From NCBI GenBank assembly GCA_012295275.1, contig CM022671.1, positions 19,468,001-19,532,000 of the forward strand: a stretch of 64,000 nucleotides of DNA, given 5' to 3'. This document shows, piece after piece, positions 1 through 15,959 of this stretch (position 1 is the first letter of the stretch; each line of letters starts with the position of its first letter). The position numbers and the translations under genes are program-made. The stretch is from Chrysomallon squamiferum (lineage: Eukaryota > Animalia > Mollusca). Under the pieces are notes generated by a model. The model was given only the letters and a program-made list of their open reading frames with translations. It made no database searches and had not been told where the DNA came from.

Positions 1-56
1 TTAAATTTAGTTTTTAGATTTTGCATTTCTATATGTGAAAAGATATCACTAAAATG

Positions 57-87
<31 letters not shown>

Positions 88-3000
88 CCTCATCCAGAGC
101 CAGTTATTATTATTATTATTATAAATAATTATTTTGTTTTTGTTATATGCTTTCCGGTTTGACGTAGCTTCTTTTAAAAAAAAAATTCAGTTAAGATGAA
201 AATATTTCTTTTTCTTTCTTTCCTTTAATTCCTGATATTTAAAAGCACCATTAAAATAATATTTAGTGCTGTTTTCTTTTTCTTTTTCTTTTTTTAAAAT
301 AACAATTACTTTTACTTAGTGTTTTCCTAATTCATTCTCTTTATAGTACATGCACTTGTACCTTTATATTAATATTATAAAATCATATCTGAATTCAGTT
401 TATTGACATGACAATTAAGCTAAAAAATATGAAAGAAAGATGACAGAAAAAATGAGGAAAGAAAAGAAAGGAAATAAGGACCAACTAAAATTATACAAAG
501 GAAATCATGATTAATTTTATTAAAAAAATGAAATAAATAAACATTCTGACAAAACAGTGACTAACTCCAGTGTTATCTATTGTAGTCTTGTTAAAGTGTG
601 TGAAAGAATAGTGAAAATTACTTATTTGATAACATTACGTCTTTACTTTATGTCTAGCACACTCGTTATTAATACAATAAATAACATAATAATGTAGTTT
701 ACAAATATTTCTACAAAAATTATTATTCATAATATTATGTTGATCGTGGCCAGTCTTGCCATCAGCGATAATTTAATGTATTCATTCGTTAACGCAAAAA
801 CATAATTAAAAACGTAATATATAAGACTGTAAACAATTAAATTAACAAATATATCGATTAAAGGAAAAACGTATAACTTTTTGTTTAAATTAATTGTTAA
901 ATTTAATTAATAAAAGGAGAAAAAAGACAACAAATAAAAAAAAAAAAAAAAAAAAAAAAAAAAGAAAGAAAGAATAGTTTAATTAATTAAAAGAATTCAA
1001 AATGCAGATAGCAATAATAAACTGTTTCCATTAATTCATCATAAACAGGAACTTTATTATATCATCGTGTTTGTTGTCAAACACGTTAAAATTCCTTGAA
1101 TTATTTATTATCTGCAATTTGTTAAAAAAAATTTATAAAGGGTAATAAAATGTACTTATAACAAGAATTCATTTAGTTAATTACTTAATACATATTTGCG
1201 TTACTATGCAAATATTAATTACATGGAGCTGTACTTGACACGATCAATGTCAACAGTAAAAAAAAAAAATAATAATAATAATAAAAAAGATAAATAAACA
1301 AATAAAAATAAATACATTTCATACAACTTTTAATTAGAAAACAAAGAATTTTTTTTTTTTATCGGCTTCTGGCAAGTCGAACAGAACGTTGTGGAGGTTA
1401 TACGCAAACGAAATTCTGTGTTAATGGCTGTCAATTAAAGATTCGCAGGAAAATAACCTAGATTGTGAGATTCGGGGTTCCAGAGAGCGGTGCACAAGCT
1501 TTAGGCAGTATTATTGCGTGCGATAAATTTGATCCAAATTGTGTACGCTTCCTCCGCCATTCCTTTGTAAAGAAGTTAATTAACAACAGTAACACGAGAC
1601 TGGTTTTGTTTAATGTAACACTCAGATCGTGAAACGTTTCTTTGAAGCTCGAGTCTGCTATTACAAAACTTACTGGAAACAACAACAATCAAAAACAAAC
1701 ACTAACAGTCGCTGTTATTATCTCTGCTAAGAATAATACAAACATTTTCATCAAACTCGTCATCAAAATAACTTTGATTTCTTCTAATACTACAGCTACA
1801 TCTTATACGACTACCACTACTATAGACAGAATATCACAACTACTGTAACTAAAAATTGTACTTCAACCACACAACTATTGTTGCTGTTACTGTAATTGTT
1901 GTTGTTGTTGTTATTACAGCTGCTATTACTGATTTTTTTTTAAATGTGATATTCTTAAACTGATCACCTGCATAACAGATTGATATAATATTTTTAAAAA
2001 GATTCTTGTTTCCATGATTCCCTTCATGCATTTCACTGTCAGTTTTCTTGCACGTTTAATTGCGGCATCTAATTTATTGTTCATCTTTAACTATGAATAA
2101 TTTTTTTTTTTTTTTTTAAATCAATGTGAATACTTTATTATGGTCGCATTATGGCAGCCACATCTACATTCAGCAAATCAGGAAAAGTATTGACGTCTGT
2201 TCTGCATTTGTTATAAAGCTGCGCGTGGAATAACATTTGGTGTTTAAAAACGTGCGAACAATTAACTTATCTGCTTTCAGGAATCGCTTTATTGGTTAAT
2301 GGCTGTTATGTTTAATTATTTGAGTGAAAGATAAACTCTTCTTCTTCAAGCTGAATTACGAATGTTAATGCCTTAGGGATGATGGCTATGTTCAATCCAT
2401 AACTCGTGTCTTCGGTAAATATATTACACCATCATCAACACTATCAACAACAACTACAACAGTGCTACTGCTACTGCAGCTGCGGTTTCTGATACTACTA
2501 TTTCGGAAGATATAAATACTACTACTATAAGTATTATTAAAACAACAACAACTACTACTACTACTTTTCACTAATTGGCAACAGCAACTAAAACAGAGAC
2601 AACTACTACTACAGCAACAACTACTACTACCACATTTAAACTACTACTGTTATCACCATACTCACTAATTGGTAACAGCTGCTTGTACAGAGACAACAAG
2701 ACGTTTTCACTTTATAACTCTGAACATAAAAATGTCTACAGACATTTATGACAAGATTCAGATCAATAACAAGTCCAATAAGAAGAAAAAAAAGAAGAAG
2801 TAGAGGACGACGACGAACAACAACAACAACAACAACAGTAATATTAGGAAACATATTAACATTATTTATTGATAAGTATTGTTATTAATATCCTTGTTGC
2901 AAACATTCGATGATTATTAATTCTTCTGTTGACAATGCTGAGGATGCTAAATTAATTAGCAGAATGTAAATGATCTGAATGACTTGCAGTTAGCAATCTC

Positions 3001-3211
3001 ATTAATTCTCTGTACACAAATCGCCACTGTAGTACGATTAATCGATATCGCCAAGTGTCCCCAAAACGAACAAACTGATCAAATAATCGATTTATGTGTA
3101 ATCGATTACAGACCCGCGCTATTATGTTTATTCGATGCTGCTTCAGAGATATAAATTCTATATAATTTCATAGAAATCTACAATTATATATGTGTTTGAT
3201 GAATATCTGTG

Positions 3212-3347
<136 letters not shown>

Positions 3348-3664
3348 AAGACACACACACACATATTTATATGTATGTATGTGTTTATGTGTGTGAAGGT
3401 GTATACTGATAATTAAGAATAAATATATGGAATAAAACATATGAAAATTTAGTCTAGTAATTGGAGAAGCGTGTTCCAGCAGGAAGAGTAGAAATTACCG
3501 ATATTTTAATGACTTTTTGCATAAAGATATTCTGTGACATCTGTCAAAATAATCTTTTGATATTTGAGCATTCAGGGATGTCAAACACAAGCATACAGTA
3601 GTATTCTTAAAAAAAAGATGAAAAAAATATTTTGTTAAAAATAGATGAAAAAGTCTATGGTAGA

Positions 3665-3697
<33 letters not shown>

Positions 3698-5619
3698 GAA
3701 CTGCTTTTTTCCATAATCCAGGAAACTACAGATTATTTGTGTTAGTAAACTAACGATGTTATTTCTGTTGAATTTGTACCAAAAGAACTGGAGCAGGTGT
3801 TAAATTAATATGTCAGTTTTTTTTCTCTAATCAAGTTTTCTAATGCACTTTTGTTTACACCGTTTTCTGAGAAGACAACTCACTTTTATTTGTTTGTGAC
3901 CATACTAGGTGTACGTTTATGTTTTATCTTTTGCAAATGTTTGTGTGTGTATGTGCACGTGTTTCTGTGTAGTATGTATTCATGTGTTTGTGTGTGTATA
4001 TATATATATATATATATGTGTATTTGAGTGTGTTTGTATGTGGGTGAATGTGTGTGTATATATATATATAGATACACATATACATACACATACATACACA
4101 CACACACACAAACACACATACACATATATAAGCAAGTATGCAATCTGTCTCTTTCTTAAAGGCGGTTAAATGAAGGAAACACATATATAGATGTAAATGA
4201 TATTTCTATTATTAATTACTTCAGGCTTCACCAAAATGGTCATTATAGACGACATAGGTCGATACAGGTTTTCAAGGGTACGATGAACGCTTAATGGTTG
4301 ACTGAAGGTTGGTGCACATTTAGAAGATCGATGAGCTTAAAGAGGTCAAATTTCAGGAATCGGAAATTATTAAAATATCCGTAATGTTAGAAATTGATTT
4401 AATGCATAGACTGTATGTAACGTTATTTGAAAACTGAATGTTGAAATTCTGTTTAAGCATTATTCTGATAAACTTTGTATCAGAACATTCAAAAATAACT
4501 GCCACCTTTCATTTTCGGTTAATATTAATGATGTAAACAAATAAAGTTTTAACATCCCTAGTTGGCTTTGTCAAACGTGGAAACTCTGACTAAAGCTCCC
4601 CAATTTTGACATTCTCATTTGAAACATCACCCAGTACGTTCCTTCCAGTACTATTAATATTTGAAACGTTTTCCAGCTCTCTATTGCTTAATATTAAACT
4701 GCTTCTCTCATTAAAAGAAAGAAAGTGACATTTATAATTTTATAATTTTATTACTACATATATGATTACAGATCCAGACAGATACCATGAGTCAACTGAC
4801 ATTTAAGGGGGAAAAATAACACACACAAAAAAAATCAACGGAATATGACCTTGTTATCATCTAACATAACCCTTTCCCTTTATGAAATTTGAAATTCCAT
4901 CCACATATAAGAAACAGACAGAAATAGTCGTTAAAGACTTAATCAGTTACTCGTGTTTCTTTTTTTCAGTTTTTTTCAGTTTTGATCAATCAAAAAAGGC
5001 ATTTCATCAAAAAGTCTTACAATAACAAAGTATTGAATTTCAGCAGAATTTCGACAGAATGAAAAGAAAAAGAAAGAACATTTTGTTCTCCAAAAGAAAA
5101 GAAATATGGAGTTATCAAAAGACATTACCCTAAAGAAATGATTAAAAGATACCAAAAGACAGTTTTCTAACCGACTTGCTCGGATATCTGGTCATAAAAA
5201 GTAATAAAAAAACGAGACAGTCTAAATTCTTAAAAATTCAATATCTAGAAGCAGCTAATGTGAAATAATTATAAGATAAGAATAACATTTTGAAACATGA
5301 TAAATCCAGTTTAGGTATATAAAAATAAATGCACTAAAAGTGAAAAATATTGATTTTAAATATATCATCTGAAAACTAAAATCTTATACTGATAATTCTG
5401 TAATGAAAAAACGTAATAAGATGGCCATTTGAAAGAATTAATTTTAGGAAGAAATATTTTCCTTGAGAAGCATATATACCGAGTGTTCAAATGTTATGTA
5501 AAAGATATAATAAGATTTCAGTAAAACAGTCAGACAGATAGAAAAATATAATGATCGAGAGAGAAAGTGAAACAGAATGATGTGTTTGTGTGGTCATGTG
5601 TGTGCATGTGTGTGTGTAT

Positions 5620-5755
<136 letters not shown>

Positions 5756-6029
5756 ACTAAATCATTTAGAAATGGATAGTTTATTATTAACTATACTGAA
5801 TTATTTGTTAGCTATCACAATATTGAACAACAAGAAACTGATAAAGATTTGTGTAATCTGAGTATATTACTGTGACTGCAAACCTTTGTTTCTCAGATTA
5901 CACTAAGATAGGCAGCCACAGATAGAAGAACGGTAGATACTTGTTTGCAAAAATATTTTTGGTAAGATGATGTATGACTGTTCTGAATTCGTTATCTATG
6001 ACTACAAACAAACAAATAGATAGATAGGC

Positions 6030-6064
<35 letters not shown>

Positions 6065-9000
6065 AAAATAAATAAATACATATATTTGCAACCCACAGCT
6101 GTCACAACAATTTTGCGCAAGTAGGCAGCTCTTTTAGACAGAAAAACTCAGATGAATGATATAATTAAATAATGATTTGATTAGCATATAAATGGAAATC
6201 ACTGATTAAACACTGATTTTAATTAAGGAAATTACACTGATGTTAAAAATGCTGCATTGCTTTGGTCGAGGAAATACATGGAGATACGGACATACAAGAG
6301 AAACACAGAAATTGTCTTGTACTGGTCAATACCTAGAGAAAATTTCATTTATAACAAAAACACTTCATTTATATTAAGAATACTTAATTTACATGGACGA
6401 TTTCATGGACGATTTCTGGAACAAGAGTAGGCCCTAACAGCAAACGTATAACTGATTCTGATATTGACCTCTTACAGAACCACTCGAACAGATACAAATA
6501 TATTTTTATATTACAACTATCCGATAACTTTATACCTTTATGAAACAAAAAGAATAACTTCCAAAGTGGTTCGTAAATGTTCCCATTTGTCCATAAACTT
6601 TGAAGTCGACCTATTAGACATATTGCTAAAAGCTAAATCTCTAATAGTCACTGTTACAATCAACGACTTATAGTTGATTGCTTTACTTGCCTAACAGTGT
6701 CTATTTCTACAGTGTCTGGAATAGTTTTATTTTTCACAACAATCTGATTACGACTAATACTAATGCTGTGAAAAAGGAGACAGACATTTTTCATACCATA
6801 AAAAAATTGATCTAAATATCTGTATAATTTGTCGAAACTGTCTTATTTTCATGATCCGAATCAGTATTATTTTTTTTTCATCTGAAATAATTAGCAAATC
6901 TGTCTAGTCTAAGATATATTCTTGTCTCGTAATGACATAAAGTTATCGGATAGTTATAATATAAAAATGTTTCTTTATCTGTTTGAGTGGCTGTGTTGAA
7001 TCAGAACAATACCTTTTCGACATTGTGAAAGTAGGTGTATTTTCCAAAAATTGTGAACAACGCAGTACTAGTTTAACAGCTAATTTGCCATTAAGTTGGA
7101 ACCTAATTCGTTTTAGATTTAGATACGTCTTGGCCTAAAATTGTACTTTTTTTTCTTCTTTTAAAAACAGTATTAACTAAATGAGTCAAAAAATATTCAT
7201 CTGTTATTTCCAATTCATGGCCAATGAGACTTACACATAGGCTTTATTTTGAGTCTCGGTGTTTTAGAAAATTTTAGAAAAGTCTGTTCAGTAATTGTAC
7301 GAGCTTCCAGAATTCTCGATTACTGTTTATTGTCTTGCGTCACGAAGACAAAGAAAGAAATCTAATCTGCATCTTTTTTGTTTTTGTTTTTTTCAGTCAT
7401 TCTTTATTATTAGCCAAAATGTAAGACCATTTACAAAATGTTTAAGAAACAACATGCATTTGGATTTTTTATTGCCATCACCAGAGCTCCAGTTTAAGTC
7501 CAACAAAACGAGTAAAAAAAAGAATGGATTTATTTTTAAATTATCCTTAAGAATAGACACTGCCATTTATAAGATAAGAACTATTATTTAATGTACTCCA
7601 TTCACTAATATGATCAATACGTTGTAGAAACATTCGTTTATTTGTTATGTCATTATACGCTCTTAGCAAAATTCTCTGGTGAAGAATCTCTTTCCTTGGT
7701 CAGGCTATCACTATATTTGTACAACAACTTTGAAACAGCTGTTAGCTTTCTTAGAATTATTTAACCATACCTTCACAGTCCTAGAGTTCTTTCTGGAAAC
7801 TTATCAGCTGGTGCTAAAGAGATATTTTAATAAATCATACAATGTCGCGCGTATTTTATTGCCGCGTGAAGAAGATATTGATTGTTAGCAAAGTTTACTA
7901 TGACTACAGTAAATGGATGCCAGTATTAATAATCGTGTTTCTCTCTGGTAGTAACTATGCTGTTATAACAGAGTTTGAATCTTGGCAATGCTGAAGAAAA
8001 TGATAGTCGGAGATTCAGCCAAAAGTCTTAAGACACATTTCGATAACAAGTCATATAAATTTAAGAAAACCGAAAATATTTTAATATTTTCATAAAAAGA
8101 ATTTCTAAGAATACTTTTAACAGCATATATTAGGAACTTATGTGGAGAGTGATTATTTTTTTCATGATGTTTAGAACTGTTGTCATAATGGCACCGGTCT
8201 GGGCATACAGATTGTTCAGGCCATGTTTAAGCTCATCTCATATCCTTCTTTATCTGTGAACTATGCAAATACCGCAAATTGCTAACTTGCATGTCTAAAC
8301 CCGTTTGCGCGAACGATAACAATAAACATGAATATGGAAAATATCATTGTACATGTATAAATAACAGAAACGATAAATCTTCTTAAACAGTCTTCATTAA
8401 TAAATCAACGATTTCAGATCTGAACACGGTATCATTTAGTGTTAACATTATTTCAGAACATTTGATATTAATCTTATATATCTTTTGTAAAACGTAACAA
8501 AGACAATATAAATATAAATATGTGAAATATAAATATAACAAATATTTTAATACCTAAACGAAGAAGACAAAATTCATGACCATCTTAACTAACAACTTTC
8601 TTCTTGTTCTGATTTACTATCCGTTATACAGATCTACCACACATTAAACACATCTGCTGTCCTCTTCCGCAACTGATTTCTCTAAAACCATGGCATGTGC
8701 CTTTTTCTCTGTAAAATGATACATTTAAAAACTATGTTGCTGCTAATCGGTGATATTACCCAAGCAGAGGAGATCCCGGGATCCCGTCTTCATTTCATTC
8801 TTAACAAAGATGCAGATCAAATCCATATTGAAATGTATTAAGATATTATTAAATATCGGTCAGTTCATTAACACTGAGTACATCATACTCAGTTTGCCAA
8901 AAATCTAATTATACACTCTCTGTATTGTGTTCGTACGTTGTCTTTATTAATTATTTCAAAATTTTATAAAGTGCATGCTTTGTTAAATAGGAATCGACAT

Positions 9001-10208
9001 TCCACTAATTTATGTCAAATATGAATAATGATGATGATGATGATGACGACGACAATAATAATAATGATGACGATATAAATTAAAAAAAATGATGATGATG
9101 TGATTAAAGATGGTGACAACAATAAAAACGTGCTGTTTCTTGATCTTAATTTACATTTATCAATGCTCATGTGTACAAATTTCTTTTATTTCCAAATATC
9201 CATTTAATGCATTTTCAACAAACTGAAATTATCGCTCAGAATATGAAATTAAATATTTATATTACATATGCACTGTTAAATACACTTAGTAAAAGTCGTG
9301 GGGTATTTTTGGTAAGATTCTATGACTTAGGTGGCTGGCAGTGCTAATGTTGTGAATGTCAACACTGTACAACTGTATATAATTAAATATAATTCAGTTT
9401 AAGAAATTAATTCAAGTACTGATATTATTCAACAAATCGTGGAATAGAATAAATACTTTTCAGCGACATAGCTGTACAAATATTGTATCAACCGGATCTT
9501 ACGTAATCACATTAGAAACTAAAAGTGACTGCAACAACGCAGGAAAGATGAAAACTTCAACTACATTGATAATTATAATGAACATTGGCCACTTATTCCT
9601 TAAAACCTCTTTTATAATGATCAAATATTTCTTCAAGTTTTATCGTATTCTTTAATACAGGATCCAAGATAGAAAAATATTTACAGAGGTAATCCAAACC
9701 TAATGTAATTTAGCTGTTGAAAATTACTTCAAGCCACACTCAACGGTAACTCCAACAACCAGCTGTGTCAATGCCCGAATGCAATTGTTAGTAACCCTTT
9801 CTAAAATATTGACGTTTGATCCAAATGTTTTGTGGAACTTATACCCAATTGGAACTGATCATCACGTTAGGTCTTAACTTGGACCTGATAACTACTGCTA
9901 ATGTTATTTGTGCACGATGAAGATTTACACTCCAAGTGTTGATTACATTTCTGTGCGGGAGAACCAATCACACAAACTGTCTTGTTCTTAGACATCCACT
10001 TAAAGAGAATCTGTAGCTGTGTGAAAATTAACATGTACTATTAAATCTTACAATTATCTCTTTAGTTCAAAATAACAAACTAGAGAGACAAAACATAAAT
10101 AAATAAATACATATACATACAGACAAGCTCACAAATATATAAACATACAAACATGTACATGCATACATACACATACATACATATAAACACATTCACAAAT
10201 TCTTACAA

Positions 10209-10313
<105 letters not shown>

Positions 10314-10629
10314 TATTCAGATATGATTATTTTTAAATTTACACAGACTATGAGTACATTTTTGAGATTTTCCTATCGATTATGAATATAAAAATCAACA
10401 TCGTAAATTGACATCTTAAATAAAATAATATATGAATCACGTAAACACCGAAAATCTCACAAATGGCAATTGGCTAGGATATTTTGCAGTGATACGTGAC
10501 GCCTATGTCTGCATAGGTAAGTCCTGCAAGCAAACAGTGGGATTACGGAGCTCATAACTCGAGATCAATACGTTATCACACCAACTAGTCTTGTTTCCCC
10601 AGCGTAATCTCGATGTACGAACACTACTT

Positions 10630-10860
10630 TTTGTTTGTTTGTTTTTATCCCCTACTGCGAAACCTTCCGGCACGAAGAACTGGAGCATTCTGGAAGACCA
10701 TTGTCGCAAATGATTGGCGAGCCAATTACATCACATGTTATTTGACCTTTTCTGAACCAAGTAAAATCGTTTGGCCGTAAGGAAATGTTCTATCAAATGT
10801 TTTCACAACCCATGCCATGCGTGCCGAAAAGTTTGGCTGGGGAATAGCCTAACAAAAACC
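10630..10860. mobile_element. Possible degenerate MITE (imperfect inverted repeats)
   Basis: gcgaaaccttccggcacg (10657-10674) pairs imperfectly with cgtgccgaaaagtttgg (10820-10836), with weaker pairing outward. No clear TSD. Confidence 0.3.
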
Positions 10861-11373
10861 ATGGAATAAGTATTTAATCACCATGTATTTGCCTGCCTCG
10901 TTGAAGAATCACGATTTTGGTTTAATATACGCCCAACGTAGCAAATGTAATCTAACGGATATACCAGATGACTAATTAAGCTAGTTCATATTTCTATGAA
11001 AGATTTCAGTTTTTATGTATATATCTATACATATACCCACACACCCTTATATATGTTTATCTATAAATGTGAATCCACTAGTCACGAAAGGATTGGTTTG
11101 AGAGATGTACTGCGTGCTTTCAGTGTTAAAATGGATTTCTTTTTGTTAAAAACTGTTACCATGATTTTTTAGGTAAGTAACGATTTTATATATTTATGTA
11201 GAAGTTGTTGCAATACTTACAACGAAAAAAAAAAAGGTAATTAAATTCATATCAGTGATGTGTTGTCACTACAGAATCTATCTAACTTGTATATACGGCT
11301 GAATGATTTTTAGAAATACGTTCATCGATTTTAACAGTTGTATTTCATTATGTTAAAAATATATAGCTGTGTA

Positions 11374-11492
<119 letters not shown>

Positions 11493-11619
11493 GTCTTTAA
11501 CATATTATTCCGCTGAAAACCCACAAATCGTGTTGCTGCCCAGATGTCTAATTCTAATATATCTGCTGTTCACTGAACCATAATGCAATAAGAAATTTGT
11601 TTTCTATTTTCGTTTTTTT

Positions 11620-11759
11620 CGTTTCACAATATTATTTGACGAAACAAAGAATATTTTAGACAGCAAATAATTTGTTTATGTGTATTTTTTATATATTTAT
11701 TTTCAAATTGTCTTACCCAATTCTGGCCTTGTTGGTAAATAAAGTTCAGTTCTGTTCTG
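11620..11759 (+). mobile_element. Probable 5'-truncated LINE 3' end with the same tail type
   Basis: aataaagttcagttctgttctg at ~11738-11759 matches the tail at 26331-26354 and is preceded by T-rich UTR-like sequence. The left boundary is a guess. Confidence 0.45.
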
Positions 11760-11863
11760 GTATACTTACTTGTAATGTTTTACACCACCAAGAACGCCAA
11801 AAATATTATGAACTATCTTCAGTATAAAGTTTCAGAGAAAAATAAAAGATACAAAAAGAAATG

Positions 11864-12062
11864 GTAGTAGTAATGGTAGTAACAGAAGTAGTAGTAGTAG
11901 TAGTAATAATAGTAGTAATACTAGCAGCAGCAGCAGTAACACTAGTAGTAGTAGCAGCACTAGTAGTAGTAGTAGTAATAGTAGTAGTAGTAGTAATAGA
12001 AGTAGTAGTAATAGTAGTAGTAGTAGTAGTAGTAGTAGTAATAGTAGTAGTAGTAGTAGTAA

Positions 12063-12097
<35 letters not shown>

Positions 12098-12105
12098 ATA
12101 ATAAG
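11864..12105. repeat. (GTA)n imperfect trinucleotide repeat
   Basis: Directly visible; produces the poly-Val ORF artefact. Confidence 0.95.
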
Positions 12106-12456
12106 AAGACGATAGCTAGGACTGATATATCTATGTAAGTACTGATCTCTATAGAAAGGTACTTAATTAAAGATTATTACTGCTGATCGGAACAAGCTGT
12201 TCTAGTGTGATTCCTGTGTATTATCAATGCGATCTTAACCAATTACATTTGACGCTAAGCAACAACACCACCAGTGGTTTCTTTCTGACAGACACATTTT
12301 ATGGTCGTTTGAAAAACAAAACTTAAAAAAAAAAATATTGACAGCAAACTGGTTGTCAAATTATTATTACTATTTTTTTGTTGTTGCAAAAAAGAGAAAT
12401 TCGTAATAATTTTGAGCAGATAAACATTTGTCAATAACACTTAATACATATTCTGA

Positions 12457-13290
12457 GGTGTAGAGATAATTGCTGACGAGACAATTGCTCAACGATAAAC
12501 TGAGAATTAGGGCAATTATTGCTTATCACAACTGCTGATTGTTTTATAAATAAAACTTCATATTAGATCTGTTTGTGACTGTGTGTGCCAATGATTGGAT
12601 GGGAGTGGGAATATCTGATAAATAAATACATAAATAAAATAATATATTAATTCTAAATCAGCTATATTTTAAACAAGTTCAGCAGATCAGATCAGTTCAG
12701 CATGGAAATGGCAGTACAAGAGTTCTCGAAAAGCACGTTATAGTTCAGCACAATCAAATATGTATTGTGGGAGATATTTCGAATTAAATCTCCCACTCTC
12801 CTGTTTCCATCAGCAAATTCCTGACACAAACTCTGCACTCTGGTTTGTATCTGCTGAGTGGACGTCTTCGACCTCTTCCTATGTTGTTCACCTCGCTGAT
12901 GCTGGAGGATGAGTGTGGAATCTAGTGCGTGGTATTTAGGTTGCCAATAGCTGTCCACATAGAAGTGTGCTGGTGGCCAACCTCTCTGATAAATATGCAC
13001 GACAGCTTCACCTTGTCGTTGAGCTTGTCGAAATGTCCCACTGACCTCGGTCTGGTCAAGATAATTCAACAGTTCCCCCAGATCTTCATTGTCTGAAAGG
13101 AAAGCTATACCATTCAGAGGTAGAAAGGCCAGACGATCTATCATCCTTGCAAATATCTTGTCATCCCTTTCAGTTTTATATAGTTTAGTCAGTGTGCAAG
13201 GTCCTTTATCTTTATGTAGGTACTCTGGTACAAGTGGTATAAACACCCCTGTGTCCTCACATGCTACCCCAACAAAAATGAAAGTTTGTA
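12457..13290 (-). mobile_element. Mutator-family (MULE) transposase remnant with subterminal repeats
   Basis: The minus strand reads VRTQGCLYHLYQSTYIKIKD (CxxH motif, 13260-13201). After a frameshift it continues FARMIDRLAFLP...LLNYLDQTEVSGTFRQ...HQRGEQHRKR...LCQEF. Repeated aattgct units at 12468-12540 resemble a terminus. Confidence 0.8.
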
Positions 13291-15212
13291 ATAGTTTCCG
13301 GATATTGGAGTACTGGCATTCAAAAGGCGCACTGAACTAAAAAAATAGGCTAATTTATGAAAAATATAAACTCTGTGAGACGGGTTCCGGATTAATCAAT
13401 GAATGTCGTAATATATATATACTTACTGGTTATATCTATTGTGGTTATAGAACATAGGTAATAACTTGTTATGTAAGAACATCCGTAAACGAATTATTAA
13501 TTTGTTATAAACAGTATTACATAATGAAGCTTTTTTCCTGATTTATTTGTAAATGCACTGGTGTGTAATACGATATTTAGAAACAGTTATGATTTGTGTT
13601 ATCAAATAGACCGTCATGCAACAAGCAAATATATCACGCAATTACATGTTTGTGAAAGACGTTATGAAATATTACTGTACATTGTAAACTGTCATTTTTT
13701 TTCATTATGAGATATTATTGTGAATTTTGGAATATGATTGTACGTTATGAAAATAAAATATTTTGCGCATATTGATCTATTATTGAAATGATGTTGTAAA
13801 AATACGGAATATTACTGTTAATATTAAAATAAGTATATATACTGTACATTGTTAAATATTATTGTACATCATTCAACAAAGTTTTGAGATTATATTTAAT
13901 TAGTTAATTAATTACGATACGTTGAACTCGCAAAGCAATTGCTGGAGAGTTTGCTTCCGGTTTATCGGCGTCATCTCGAATGTTAATTAGGTCACGTAAA
14001 TATTTATACATGTGGATAGGAAATAAATGAAATTGCAAACAACATGAAAGGATTGAGTAATTACAGAGGCGGCATTTTATCTTTGATGTGTTTATTTCAA
14101 ACTTAACCGATGCTCCGTTGTGATGTAATTCACAGAGGTAAAGTGGCCTTGTTAATTACGCCGGAGCCGGAGGTAGGTATTTAATCTTGATTTACAACAC
14201 TCGATTTAACATCCCACCGTTTGCCTCGTCGCATTACACTACACACAAGACCTGGCTAATGTCTTGTGAAGAAAAAGGCCCCGTCGTTTATCATACCTAA
14301 ACCAGTCTCAGCAAGACGTTAAATTTTTTTCTTCACGGATATTGGCACGGAAGGATGTGTTTGGGATTTATTTTTATCTTACTGGAAACGAGGGAAAAGC
14401 TGCCGAGAAAGACCGAGTGTGTTTTCTTTACAGGAATGATTTAATGTTCAAAACTTTCTTTCTCGACTGCAAGAAAGGATTTCTTTAAGTTGTTCTCTCT
14501 CCAAACAGCAGACGGAGAGCTACAGTATAATTTTTTTTATGACAGTCAATGAGTATATTTATCAAAGAGAAAGTTCTGTATAATTAAATCATATTACATA
14601 TTTCTGTTTTCATGTACGAAAAGAAAGAAAGAAAGAAAGATGAATTAATGAATGTACGTACATATGAATGTGCTAGTATGTATATACATTCATGAAAGAA
14701 AGAGTATGTGAAAGCAAATGAATATAGAAATGCATAAATATATGAATTAATGAATAAATATGTATCATTACATTTTAATAACACCTGTTTACATACGTTT
14801 GTGTTAAAAACAATATTACCTGTAAGGAACATAGAAGAAAGATGAAATCCAGTTTTTCTTTAAAACTGTAAAATTGATCAATGTTCTGATATACAGGTTT
14901 AGGGAAGTTTGCAGTGGTTGTCTGTATTGATTACAAATGAACTAACCAGTTTTCTGATCTTATAAATATAATTATAGTTTTAGAATCGTTAACTTTTGTG
15001 TTGCTACTTTTGTGCTGGTATATAAAATTAACCAAAAAAAAAAAAAGTTAACTTAAAAATTTTGACAAACTGATAAAATAAATGAGTAATGTTGATAAAG
15101 ATGTAAAAGAAAAAAAAGAAAAAAAAAAAAAAAAGACGTAAAAAACGCAATAAAATTACAATAATTAGAAAGGTTTTAAAAGTAGCAACAATAACAGGGC
15201 CAAAAATCAATA

Positions 15213-15255
<43 letters not shown>

Positions 15256-15959
15256 TAAATACCGTTTAAAAATATTTTTCATTACATTTTAAAGCACCCT
15301 TCCAATCTGTTTGAACGCAAATAATTAATCCAAGAAATTAACATCAGAAATGAAAATCCTTCTTTACATTTTTGTGTTCTTTCTTTCTCTTTCGTTTTTT
15401 TCTTTTAAGATTTCATTAATTTGAAGAAGAAGAAGAAAAAAAAAACATTTTCATTTAGACATTTTGCAGGTTTTTAAATATTTATTTATTGAAGTCTAAG
15501 TAATCTTCAGCTTCGTGTTATTTTATTTACTTTGTCAGTACTAAGATAAATCAAACATGCCTTAAGCTAATGAAACAAGTAACAAAATGACAAAGATTTA
15601 GTTCTTAAAGAAAATACAGCTGCAACGTACTGTTTCCCAAAGGTGTTGCTAACACTGACAGCTCCAGCGTGTTTTTTTTTTGAATGGTGCAGATATTAAG
15701 TTTGATGGTGCTGACGATGACAATTTGGTGAAGATGTCGCGATGTCATATTTGAATAACCTCTGGCCTAGTTATTAGTCAAGTGTGTTATAATGTATTTT
15801 CAGATGTTTTAACCATGCTCTAGAGAGGAAAAAAATTTAAATACGTTTCTAACATTAGACATAAATAAACTTGATCAATATACATAAAATCAAGCATTAT
15901 GTAAAAATAACGTCAGCAGTTGACTGAAACTGTTTCCGTATCACTTACTATTCAGCTTG

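Noticed and set aside
8620-8720. Minus-strand acceptor followed by a short Cys-containing frame (EKGTCHGFREISCGRGQQMCLMCGRSV*)
   Set aside because: Short, matches no family I recognise, and has no partner exons.
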